64,000 nt of DNA from Candidatus Latescibacterota bacterium (GTDB lineage: Bacteria > Krumholzibacteriota > Krumholzibacteriia > Krumholzibacteriales > Krumholzibacteriaceae): contig JAHOYU010000078.1 in the NCBI GenBank assembly GCA_019038625.1, positions 1,687 through 65,686 of the forward strand. The letters are read 5' to 3'. The position numbers were made by a program, and so were the translations under genes. This document shows, in pieces, positions 10,401 to 18,217 of the stretch (positions are counted from its first letter, which is position 1; each line of letters begins with the position of its first letter). The notes under the pieces are model-generated. The model had not been told where the DNA came from and searched no databases. It worked only from the letters and a program-made list of their open reading frames with translations.

Positions 10401-10465
10401 ACGAGCAGCTGTATTCTGTTTTTGATTCACTGGATATGGCAATAACAGAACAAATTGGAGATTAA
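7406..10465 (+). CDS. hdrA: Tandem (double) HdrA-like flavoprotein, 1019 aa
   Basis: Two FAD folds ('ALVVGAGIAGIQAALDLAD...TNDCSMC' and 'ALVVGGGLAGMTAALSLADAG'). Two HdrA signatures ('QCVGSRDEG..YCSSACCMFAIK', 'QCVGSREEGRMYCSRVCCTKAVK'). An inserted ferredoxin, a middle 'VGVFVCHCGINI...DQCSWPH' domain and a C-terminal 2x[4Fe-4S]. Strong RBS 'AAGGAAGGA'. Confidence 0.8.
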   Translation: MGTKRKSALVVGAGIAGIQAALDLADMGVKVHLIEDTPTIGGRMPQLDKTFPTNDCSMCILSPKMSECSRHPNITIHILSSLDSISGVPGNFTCTITERAKYVDPVKCVACGLCEEKCPVKISDDFDTGLRNRKAISRYFLQSIPAEYTIDAEKCLYLTKGVCRLCEKVCTAGAIKYDDTDKAIELKVGAVIMAAGIDPFDPIGFGHFGYKRYDNVVTSLEFERMLSASGPLGGHVVRASDGKEPKRLAFIQCVGSRDEGIKKNYCSSACCMFAIKQSIIAREHIKDLDATIFYMDIRAFGKDFDKYYDKAENQYNVKFTRSKVADILENDDGTLRLRHTLENGEIHYEEFDMVVLSIGLQAREANKVLSKDLDFKLNEFGFCRSDRFKPLQTTREGIFVCGAMNGPKDIPESVVSASGAVANAVRFLKLERQELPSGEDAIQEKDVSGDRPRVGVFVCHCGINIAGVVDVKNVAEYASTLENVEHSEDVIYACSPDGLETIKKRIEEQGLNRVVVAACTPRTHEPLFRETINEKGLNPYLFEMANIRDQCSWPHMDQPELATTKSRDLVEMGVAKARGLTPLKRLPIGIDPKALVVGGGLAGMTAALSLADAGQQVYLVEKEAELGGNMRNIFFNFGDDPQVFLKKLIKQVKRHKKIDVFTGSRIDNIAGYIGNFKTTVNGSNGGGSSTVDHGVVIVATGGEEHETEEYMSGKSTRIVSQVEFERMLKENDFPVGRLNKVVMIQCVGSREEGRMYCSRVCCTKAVKNALELKKLKAKADIYFAYRDMRTYGFREKYYTDLRDEGAVFLRYSLEQKPVVKLIDPEEPDSRAIVTVVDPILEKEVVIEADLLVLAKAIDAPKENEELAKMLKVPLNGEGMFLEAHVKLRPVDFATEGVFVCGLAHGPKDMDESLAQARAAASRALTFLNRKEILAEGTICQVQESRCSGCAYCESICAYSAIEVDPEKQIAIVNEALCKGCGACAASCRCGALDLRGFTNEQLYSVFDSLDMAITEQIGD

Positions 10466-10885
10466 ATGAGTGAATGGGAGCCAAAGATTCTTGCAGTCCT
10501 GTGTAACTGGTGTTCATACGCCGGGGCTGATCTCGCGGGTGTTTCGAGGATGCAATATCCGCCGAACATCCGTGTAGTGAGAGTGCCCTGTTCGGGCAGG
10601 GTCGATCCTCTCTTTATCCTCAAGGGTCTGCAGAGCGGGTACGATGGGGTCCTGGTTTCGGGATGTCATCCTGGAGATTGTCATTATATTTCGGGCAACT
10701 ATGTCGCGCGAAGACGTTTCGCGGTTCTCAAGCCTCTTCTCGAGTTCGTCGGAATAGAGCCGGACAGGGTCCAGTTCTCCTGGATATCTGCCGGTGAGGG
10801 AGAGCGTTTCGCGGAAGTAGTCAGCAAGGTCACAGAGGATATAAAGAAGATCGGTCCCGCGAAGAGACTGGTCAAGGGAGCATGA
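10466..10885 (+). CDS. mvhD: MvhD/FlxD-like protein, copy 3
   Basis: 'VLCNWCSYAGADLAG...VPCSGRVDP...GCHPGDCHY'; immediately follows the tandem HdrA. Confidence 0.8.
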   Translation: MSEWEPKILAVLCNWCSYAGADLAGVSRMQYPPNIRVVRVPCSGRVDPLFILKGLQSGYDGVLVSGCHPGDCHYISGNYVARRRFAVLKPLLEFVGIEPDRVQFSWISAGEGERFAEVVSKVTEDIKKIGPAKRLVKGA

Positions 10886-11850
10886 CAGTGAAAGAATTGA
10901 GGGAGACTGTAAAAAGCCTTCTGACCGAGGGAAAAGTCGATCTGGTGATAGGATGGGAAAAAGGCACGATGCCCGGGGCATCGACTCCCGTATTCATCGA
11001 TACCGCAGAGAAGGCAGACAGCCTGATCTTCGACTCGACCTGCAGGAACAACCTCTCCGTCTATTTCACAAAAGACAGGAGAGAGCTGGCGAAGGACGAC
11101 AAGAAGATAGGTGTCGTAGTAAAAGGTTGTGATTCCAGGTCCCTCGTTCTGAATATAACTGAAAAACAGATCGATCGGGAAAAGGTGACCATAATCGGCG
11201 TTCCATGCAACGGTGTGCTCGACATGAAGAAGGTCACCGGCAAGGTGGACGGAAAAGAGATCCTCGAATTCACGGACGATGGCGAAAGGGTGACGGTGAA
11301 GGGACGGGAATTCGAGCAGACATTTCCGCTGGACGAAGTCATCAGTGATTCATGTGTAACCTGTGTGCGTCGTGATGCCGTGGAACACGACCTTTTCATT
11401 GGCGAAGCCCGCGAACCCGGGAGCGACGAGAATGCCTACGTTGAGGTGGAGGAGTTCGAGAAGCTGGATTCAGGGGAGAGATGGGCACGGATGGAGCAGG
11501 AATATTCGGCCTGTATACGTTGCTACGCGTGTAGAAACGTCTGCCCGTCCTGTTATTGCAACGTCTGCTTTGTCGACCAGAACGACCCTCAGTGGATAGG
11601 CAAATCGCCCGAGATAACCGATACGATGATATTTCACATTATCAGGAATCTTCACGTAGCCGGCAGGTGTGTGGAATGTGGAGCCTGTGAAAGAGCCTGT
11701 CCGATGGACATAAAACTGCTTCTTCTTAACAGGAAGGTGGCCAAGGAAGTCAGGGACAGATTCGGTAGCGTTACGGGAACAGGATTAGAAAACAAACCGG
11801 CCATGGCCGATTTCAAGGAAGATGAGAACCAGGATTTCATAATGGGGTAG
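10882..11850 (+). CDS. AsrA/FlxC-family Fe-S protein, copy 3
   Basis: 'CIRCYACRNVCPSCYCNVCFVD ... CVECGACERACP'; ATGA overlap with upstream mvhD. Confidence 0.55.
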   Translation: MTVKELRETVKSLLTEGKVDLVIGWEKGTMPGASTPVFIDTAEKADSLIFDSTCRNNLSVYFTKDRRELAKDDKKIGVVVKGCDSRSLVLNITEKQIDREKVTIIGVPCNGVLDMKKVTGKVDGKEILEFTDDGERVTVKGREFEQTFPLDEVISDSCVTCVRRDAVEHDLFIGEAREPGSDENAYVEVEEFEKLDSGERWARMEQEYSACIRCYACRNVCPSCYCNVCFVDQNDPQWIGKSPEITDTMIFHIIRNLHVAGRCVECGACERACPMDIKLLLLNRKVAKEVRDRFGSVTGTGLENKPAMADFKEDENQDFIMG

Positions 11851-11855
11851 GGAGA

Positions 11856-12890
11856 ATGATCAGAATAGAAAAGGAAAGGATCGATGAATTCATCCGGACT
11901 CTCATGGAGACCCGGGCTGTGTATGCTCCTGCCCTGGATGGAAAGAACACCATGTTCGCGCCTGTAGAGGATCCGGCAGGAATCGATCACAACATCTTCA
12001 ATACGGACAAATCGCCGAAGGAGATATTCTTCCCGCATTCGGAAGTGCTCTTTGAATATGAAGGTGAAGAGATAAAGAAAGTTGAAAGAGATGTCAGGCC
12101 GATAGTGGTTTGGGGGCTGAGGGGTTGTGACGCGAGGAGCCTGAGACTTCTCGACAAGGTCTTCGGCAGCGCGTGGCAGAAGCCGGGCAATGACATGTTC
12201 GAGGATCCCTACTGGAAGGAAAAATACGACGATGCCATCATCTTTGGCACTGCCTGTAACGAACCCCGCTCAACATGTTTCTGCAACTGGTTTGGGTCCG
12301 GGCCTCACGACGATGCGGGCATGGATGTGAAGGTCGTAGATACGGAAGAAGCTTTTATCCTCGATCCGGTGAGTGAAAAGGGAAAGAAGTTTATCGGGTC
12401 CCTCAAAGGATGGGCGGAAGCGACCAAAAAAGATCTTGCTACGATAAAGGCAGTCAGAGAAAAGGCGGAGGGTTTGATGGGAGAGGCCTTTGGCATGGAA
12501 GGCATAGCGGAAAAGATGGCGGATCTTTTCTTCAAACCTGTCTGGGACGATATTGGAGCGAAATGCGTCAATTGCGGCGCCTGTGCCTTTATCTGCTCCA
12601 CCTGTCATTGTTTCGATGTGCAGGATGAGGGGAAGAAGGGTAAAAAAGGAAAAAGGATACGGATCTGGGACACATGCATGTTCCCCCTCTTTACAAAGGA
12701 GGCGTCCGGACATAATCCGAGAGATATGTCGAAGGATCGCCTCAGGCAGAGGTTCATGCACAAGTTCAGTTATTTTATAAGCAATTATGATGAGCATCTC
12801 TGCACTGGTTGCGGGAGATGTGTGTCGGTCTGTCCAGTCAACCTCGATATCAGGGATGTCGTGAGAGCAGTCATGACCTCAGAAGCGTAA
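11856..12890 (+). CDS. AsrA/FlxB-family Fe-S protein (anaerobic sulfite reductase subunit A-like / sulfhydrogenase beta-like), copy 4
   Basis: 'CVNCGACAFICSTCHCFD ... IWDTCMFPLF ... RLRQRFMHKFSYF ... CTGCGRCVSVCP' matches the AsrA motif architecture closely; contains a Lys/Gly-rich insert 'DEGKKGKKGKRIR'. Confidence 0.65.
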   Translation: MIRIEKERIDEFIRTLMETRAVYAPALDGKNTMFAPVEDPAGIDHNIFNTDKSPKEIFFPHSEVLFEYEGEEIKKVERDVRPIVVWGLRGCDARSLRLLDKVFGSAWQKPGNDMFEDPYWKEKYDDAIIFGTACNEPRSTCFCNWFGSGPHDDAGMDVKVVDTEEAFILDPVSEKGKKFIGSLKGWAEATKKDLATIKAVREKAEGLMGEAFGMEGIAEKMADLFFKPVWDDIGAKCVNCGACAFICSTCHCFDVQDEGKKGKKGKRIRIWDTCMFPLFTKEASGHNPRDMSKDRLRQRFMHKFSYFISNYDEHLCTGCGRCVSVCPVNLDIRDVVRAVMTSEA

Positions 12891-12900
12891 GGAAGTCCAG

Positions 12901-13734
12901 ATGAGCAATACATATATCCCCATCCAGATGAAAGTGGAGCGGATAGAGATCGAAGATCCCGACAAGGCATTGCGTACGTTTGACCTCGTTTTTGTGAATG
13001 AGGAAGATAAAAAGAATTTCGAATATATGCCGGGGCAGTTTTGTGAATGGTCGCTGCTCGGACTGGGCGAATCGCCGTTCGGAATAGCGTCGTCACCGAC
13101 TGAGACCGATTTTCTGCGGTTTACCGTGAGCAGGACGGGTTCTGTGACGAACGAGATTCATTACCTGCGGGAAGGCGACACTATAGGTATCCGTGGCCCG
13201 ATGGGGAACTGGTATCCGGTTGAGAAATTTAAAGGTGGGAATGTAGTCATCATCGGTGGAGGCTTCGCATTTACTACCCTCAGGTCCCTGATAGTCTACA
13301 TGCTTGAACATCGTGAAGACTATGGGGATATAACGGTGATCTACGGAGCGAGGGCACCGGAGCTTTTCATTTACAAAGATGAGATCTCAGAGTGGCAGAA
13401 ACGCGATGACATCGATATTCAGCTCACGATAGACAATCCGGCGGATGGATGGGATGGCAGGACCGGCTTTGTTCCCGCGGTGACAAAAGAGATCGCTCCC
13501 TCGACGGAGAACACCTGGGTCGTCGTCTGTGGCCCCCCGATCATGATCAAGTTTACCCTGCCTGTCCTCAGCGAGCTGAAGTTTGCTGACGACCGGATCT
13601 ATACATCGCTCGAGAGAAGAATGAAATGCGGGATCGGTAAATGCGGAAGATGCAATATCGGCTCGAAATATATATGTATCGACGGCCCGGTTTTTTCGCT
13701 GGCCGAACTGAAGAAAATACCAGAAGCGTTTTAA
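12901..13734 (+). CDS. FlxA/AsrB/HydG-like FAD-NAD(P)-binding oxidoreductase with C-terminal [2Fe-2S] (PyrK-like), copy 1
   Basis: FNR-like fold 'VVIIGGGFAFTT' and C-terminal 'CGIGKCGRCNIG..YICIDGPVF' cluster motif; ~277 aa. Confidence 0.7.
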   Translation: MSNTYIPIQMKVERIEIEDPDKALRTFDLVFVNEEDKKNFEYMPGQFCEWSLLGLGESPFGIASSPTETDFLRFTVSRTGSVTNEIHYLREGDTIGIRGPMGNWYPVEKFKGGNVVIIGGGFAFTTLRSLIVYMLEHREDYGDITVIYGARAPELFIYKDEISEWQKRDDIDIQLTIDNPADGWDGRTGFVPAVTKEIAPSTENTWVVVCGPPIMIKFTLPVLSELKFADDRIYTSLERRMKCGIGKCGRCNIGSKYICIDGPVFSLAELKKIPEAF

Positions 13735-13749
13735 AAGGAGAATGACCGG

Positions 13750-14220
13750 ATGGAAAAGATCATACTCAGCGAGAAGGATCCCAACTTCAAGAACGAGATC
13801 GCGTCCCAGCCGGGAGCTGAGAGTTTCATGCGCTGCTTCACATGTGGCACATGCACAGCATCCTGTCCCGTAGCCGAAGTACACGACGAATATGATCCGA
13901 GACGGATCATCAGGATGGCCGTCTTGGGGATGCGCGAAGAGGTACTCTCGTCTGATATCCTCTGGATGTGTTCGAGATGTTACACCTGCGCGGCTCTTTG
14001 CCCCCAGAATGTCAAGTTCACCGATGTGATCAGCATTTTGAGAGATATGGCGGTCAAGCAGGGATACGCGTCCAAGGAAAGGCTGGAACAGGCCAGGGAT
14101 CTGGACAGGATGATTCAGACGATACGATGCAGAGTGATCGACAATAAGCTGCATCCTGATAAGAAAAATGTAGAAGAGATTAAGTTGATGGTAGATGAAG
14201 AGCTGAATAACAAGTGGTAA
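13750..14220 (+). CDS. hdrC: HdrC-like 2x[4Fe-4S] ferredoxin subunit
   Basis: Two CxxCxxCxxxCP motifs separated by ~50 aa ('CFTCGTCTASCP', 'CSRCYTCAALCP'), ~156 aa, typical HdrC/SdhC-like layout. The only HdrC in the window. Confidence 0.65.
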   Translation: MEKIILSEKDPNFKNEIASQPGAESFMRCFTCGTCTASCPVAEVHDEYDPRRIIRMAVLGMREEVLSSDILWMCSRCYTCAALCPQNVKFTDVISILRDMAVKQGYASKERLEQARDLDRMIQTIRCRVIDNKLHPDKKNVEEIKLMVDEELNNKW

Positions 14221-14272
14221 TGGTCCGTCTGGCTGCGGACGTCTTCAGGGAGACCCTGTAAGAGGAGAGCTC

Positions 14273-15397
14273 ATGAAACCTGAAAAAATATGGTCATTTG
14301 ACGATCTCAGGGAAGAAGTAGTCCTGGCAGATCTTTGTGGAAAGTGTGGAGGATGCGTGTCGTTCTGCTCCGCGAACAGGATCGGGGCGCTCGTGATGGA
14401 TGATAAAGGATACCCGGATTACAAGGACAAGGATCTCTGCCTCCAGTGCGGGATGTGCTACATGGTCTGTCCCCAGACTCATCCGATGAAGGAAGAAGTC
14501 GACGAAGCGTACAACTGGAAAGAGCCGATCGGGCACTTCATGGATGTCTTTTCGGCCAGGAGCACAGACTTGGGGATACGGAAAGTTGCTACAGACGGAG
14601 GCGTAGTTACCGCGCTTCTGGCAAATATGCTGGACAAGGGACATATCGATGGGGCTGTCGTATCTCTCGGGAAGTCCCTGTTGAAAAGAGAAGTAAAAGT
14701 AGCGACGACAAGAGAAGAACTTATAGAGGCCGCCGGGTCACATTTTTCAGAGTTGCCTCATCTGGAAGAGATGGGCGAAGGATATTCGACTTTTGTGCCA
14801 GTCGTGAAATACATACAGGAACTTGGGGCTGTAAAGACTGTCAGGGTCGCAGTTGTGGGGACCCCTTGTCAGATAGGCGCAATCCGAAAAATGCAGATTC
14901 TCAATGTAGTGCCGGCTGACATCGTGACCTTTGCCGTCGGCCTGTTCTGCATGCAGTGCTTCGAGATGGAACATCTCCTGGACAAGGACTTCATCCGGCA
15001 GTACGGGATAACGGCCGACGATATAGCCAGGGTGAATATCAAGGAAGATTTCATGCTTACCATGAAGTCTGGAGTGACTGTGCATATACCGCTGAAAGAG
15101 ATCGAGGAGATCGTCAGGCCCGCCTGTCTCTCCTGCGAACTTTTCTCTAACGATTATGCCGACATTTCGGTTGGCGGCCTTGGTTCGACGGACGGATATA
15201 CCACGGTGATGGTCCGTACGGTGAAGGGCAAGGAAATGATGGCCGATGCCATTTATGGTGGAGCAATAGAGCGGAAGGTCAGGAAATATCCTGAAGACAA
15301 CGAGATCGAGAAAAAGCGTACTATTTCCCTCGTGAAGGAATTCACAGGATTGAAAAAATCACGGGGGCTGGAATATAGAATGAAAAACAGGAGTTGA
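14273..15397 (+). CDS. FrhB/FdhB-family protein (F420-hydrogenase/dehydrogenase beta-like) with N-terminal 2x[4Fe-4S]
   Basis: N-terminal 'CGKCGGCVSFC...CLQCGMCYMVCP', then a FrhB-like N/C domain pattern ('GGVVTALLANML', 'VAVVGTPCQIGAIRK', 'PACLSCELFSNDYADISVGGLG'). Occupies the position where HdrB would normally be. Confidence 0.6.
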   Translation: MKPEKIWSFDDLREEVVLADLCGKCGGCVSFCSANRIGALVMDDKGYPDYKDKDLCLQCGMCYMVCPQTHPMKEEVDEAYNWKEPIGHFMDVFSARSTDLGIRKVATDGGVVTALLANMLDKGHIDGAVVSLGKSLLKREVKVATTREELIEAAGSHFSELPHLEEMGEGYSTFVPVVKYIQELGAVKTVRVAVVGTPCQIGAIRKMQILNVVPADIVTFAVGLFCMQCFEMEHLLDKDFIRQYGITADDIARVNIKEDFMLTMKSGVTVHIPLKEIEEIVRPACLSCELFSNDYADISVGGLGSTDGYTTVMVRTVKGKEMMADAIYGGAIERKVRKYPEDNEIEKKRTISLVKEFTGLKKSRGLEYRMKNRS

Positions 15398-15436
15398 AGG
15401 ACAACTCGAAAAAAGATCGGACAGGAAAACGGTGTG

Positions 15437-16312
15437 ATGATCAAAAAAACGAAAAAAACGAAATCGGGATCCGTTCTGGTAGTTGGTGGAGGTATCGCGG
15501 GTATCCAGTCGTCGCTTGATCTCGCGGAGTCTGGATTCAAGGTGCATCTCCTTGAAGAAACGCCGGCGATCGGTGGAACGATGGCGCAGCTGGACAAGAC
15601 ATTTCCCACGAATGATTGTGCCATGTGTGTCATTTCACCGAAACTTGTCGGGGCCGGGCGCCATTTGAATATTGAGCTTACTACAAACTCGGAAATAATG
15701 GGTGTGAGTGGTGAGGCTGGAAATTTCAAGGTAAAGATCAAAAAGAAACCAAGGTATATCGACGCGGATAAATGTACGGGCTGTGGAGCCTGCACGCTGA
15801 ATTGTCCGGTGATCAACGTAATATACCCTGTTGAGAAACCGTATGTAAAACTGAGTATTGAAGTCATGCGAAAAGTCAGGCCTATCCTGGATGAATATCA
15901 TGGTAAAAAAGGCAACCTCATGCCGATCCTGCAGCAGATAAATCATACATTCAATTATCTGCCGCCCGATGTGTTGAGCTATATTTCCATAGAACTGGAT
16001 ATAAGATTGTCGGAGATCTATAATATCGCTTCATTTTATAATTCTTTCAGTCTCACGCCGCGCGGGCGACACATCATAAAAATATGTATGGGAACTACCT
16101 GCTACGTTAAGGGTGGAGAAAGACTGTTCAATAAGGTGAGAGACGAGTACGGAATCGAAAATGGGGAAACAACGAAGGATATGAGATTTACCATAGAGTC
16201 TGTCGCGTGTCTTGGTTGCTGCGGTCTCGCGCCGGCAATTATGGTCGATGATGAGGTATACGGAAAAGTAAAAGTAAGCAGTATAATGAAAATCCTTGAA
16301 AAGTATAAATGA
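15437..16312 (+). CDS. Fusion protein: HdrA N-terminal FAD-fold fragment + NuoE-like [2Fe-2S] thioredoxin-like subunit
   Basis: N-terminal ~150 aa match the first part of HdrA ('VLVVGGGIAGIQSSLDLAESG...DKTFPTNDCAMCVISPK...CTGCGACTLNCPV'). C-terminal ~140 aa are NuoE/HoxE-like ('ICMGTTCYVKGG...CLGCCGLAPAIMVDDEVYG'). The ORF track starts at a GTG (15434); the ATG at 15437 is used here. Confidence 0.7.
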   Translation: MIKKTKKTKSGSVLVVGGGIAGIQSSLDLAESGFKVHLLEETPAIGGTMAQLDKTFPTNDCAMCVISPKLVGAGRHLNIELTTNSEIMGVSGEAGNFKVKIKKKPRYIDADKCTGCGACTLNCPVINVIYPVEKPYVKLSIEVMRKVRPILDEYHGKKGNLMPILQQINHTFNYLPPDVLSYISIELDIRLSEIYNIASFYNSFSLTPRGRHIIKICMGTTCYVKGGERLFNKVRDEYGIENGETTKDMRFTIESVACLGCCGLAPAIMVDDEVYGKVKVSSIMKILEKYK

Positions 16313-16361
16313 GAATAATTTGACCGTATCATGAATACATTGAATCAGCAGAAGGAAAATA

Positions 16362-18215
16362 ATGGCTAAAATTTCAAATATTAAAGCCTTTGAAAAGTTG
16401 AAAAAGAAACTTGAAGAGGGAATAGATCTCAACAGAAAATCCATCTGTGTCTGTGGAGGATCTGCCTGTATCGCTACCGGAAGCCTCGGGTTGATCGACT
16501 TGTTTGAAAAAGAACTTAAAAAGCATGGAATAGACGATGAAGTCGATATCCTGGTCACCGGATGTCACGGGTTCTGCGAGAAAGGGCCTTTAGTCGTTAT
16601 CCGTCCGGAAGGCATATTCTATCCCCTGGTAAAAAAAGAGAATGTGCCGGACATCGTCACAGAATCGGTCATTGAGGGAAAGCCGATCGAATCTCTTCTA
16701 TACACGGATCCGATGACTGACGAGAAGATTGTTTTTGAACATGATGTTCCATTTTATAAAAAGCAGAAGCGACTTGTTCTCGGGAACAATGGATTGATCG
16801 ATCCGATGGTCATCACAGATTATATCCGCGTGGGTGGTTACAAGGCTTTAGCCACAGCCCTGGATTCGATGACTTCTGATAAGGTGATCGAGACGATCAT
16901 TGAATCCGGACTGAAAGGCCGCGGTGGTGGAGGCTTTCCGACAGGCGTGAAATGGAAGCTTTGCAAAAATGCCAAAGGAAAGACCAAGAATATAGTCTGT
17001 AATGCAGACGAAGGGGACCCCGGGGCATACATGGACAGGTCTATCCTGGAGGGCAATCCTCATTCTGTCATCGAGGGGATGCTCATAGGCGGCTTTGCTA
17101 TTACCGCATCCACAGGATATATATATGTCCGCACAGAGTATCCACTTGCGATACAGCGACTGAAACAGGCTATCAAGCAGGCAAAGGCGCTCGGGTTCAT
17201 CGGGAAAAACATTCTCGGCACAAAGTTTTCATTCGATATAGAGATAAGGGAAGGTTCCGGGGCCTTTGTATGTGGCGAAGAGACCTCTCTGATGCATTCG
17301 ATCGAGGGATTATCTCCGGAACCAAGCCAGAGGCCTCCGTTTCCGACTGAATCGGGGCTTTGGGGAAATCCTACGAACATCAACAATGTGGAGACCTGGG
17401 CTGTCGTTCCTCTGATTATAAACGAGGGAAGCAAATTCTTTTCCAGCATTGGAACGGAGAACAGCAAGGGGACCAAGATATTTTCTCTTGTAGGGAAAAT
17501 CAATAATTCGGGACTGGTAGAGGTGCCCATGGGGATATCGATGGGAGAGATCATCAATGGTATCGGGGGCGGCATACCTGACGGAAAGGCTTTTAAGGCG
17601 GTCCAGACCGGGGGCCCCTCTGGAGGGTGTATCCCCGCCGCATTGATGGACATTCCTGTCGATTACGAAAAGCTTGCTGAAGTAGGATCGATAATGGGCT
17701 CTGGCGGTATGGTCGTAATGGACGAAGATACATGTGTCGTCGATATCGCGAAGTATTTCCTTTCTTTCACGAATGACGAATCGTGTGGCAAGTGTACTTC
17801 CTGCAGGGATGGCAGCAGGATGATGCTGAATATCCTCACGCGGATATCGGAAGGACAGGGCAAACCTGAGGATATCGATCTGCTTCTTGAGCTTGGTGAA
17901 GCGATCAAGGATGCCTCTCAGTGCGGGCTTGGACAGACCCTGTCAAATCCTGTGCTCTCTACGATAAGGTATTTCAGGGATGAGTATAATGCTCATATTG
18001 TGGACAAGAGATGCCCCGCGCATGTCTGTAAGGAACTTGTCAATTACAGCATAGATCCTGAAGCGTGTATCGGGTGTGGAGTCTGTCTTAAGAACTGTTC
18101 TGTCGGAGCAATCACCGGCAAGATCAAAGAAGCACATTTAATCGATCCTGATGAATGCACAAAATGTGGTGTGTGCAGGGAAGTCTGCAAATTCAATGCG
18201 GTCATTGTGGAGTAA
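16362..18215 (+). CDS. nuoF: NuoF-like NADH-binding FMN/Fe-S subunit (51-kDa family; HndC/HydB-like with extra N- and C-terminal Fe-S domains)
   Basis: 'GRGGGGFPTGVKWKL' FMN/NADH site and an SLBB/4Fe-4S region ('ESCGKCTSCRDG'). N-terminal thioredoxin-like [2Fe-2S] ('CVCGGSACIATG...GCHGFCEKGP') and C-terminal 2x[4Fe-4S] ('CIGCGVCLKNC...CTKCGVCREVCKF'). Confidence 0.8.
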   Translation: MAKISNIKAFEKLKKKLEEGIDLNRKSICVCGGSACIATGSLGLIDLFEKELKKHGIDDEVDILVTGCHGFCEKGPLVVIRPEGIFYPLVKKENVPDIVTESVIEGKPIESLLYTDPMTDEKIVFEHDVPFYKKQKRLVLGNNGLIDPMVITDYIRVGGYKALATALDSMTSDKVIETIIESGLKGRGGGGFPTGVKWKLCKNAKGKTKNIVCNADEGDPGAYMDRSILEGNPHSVIEGMLIGGFAITASTGYIYVRTEYPLAIQRLKQAIKQAKALGFIGKNILGTKFSFDIEIREGSGAFVCGEETSLMHSIEGLSPEPSQRPPFPTESGLWGNPTNINNVETWAVVPLIINEGSKFFSSIGTENSKGTKIFSLVGKINNSGLVEVPMGISMGEIINGIGGGIPDGKAFKAVQTGGPSGGCIPAALMDIPVDYEKLAEVGSIMGSGGMVVMDEDTCVVDIAKYFLSFTNDESCGKCTSCRDGSRMMLNILTRISEGQGKPEDIDLLLELGEAIKDASQCGLGQTLSNPVLSTIRYFRDEYNAHIVDKRCPAHVCKELVNYSIDPEACIGCGVCLKNCSVGAITGKIKEAHLIDPDECTKCGVCREVCKFNAVIVE

Positions 18216-18217
18216 AT

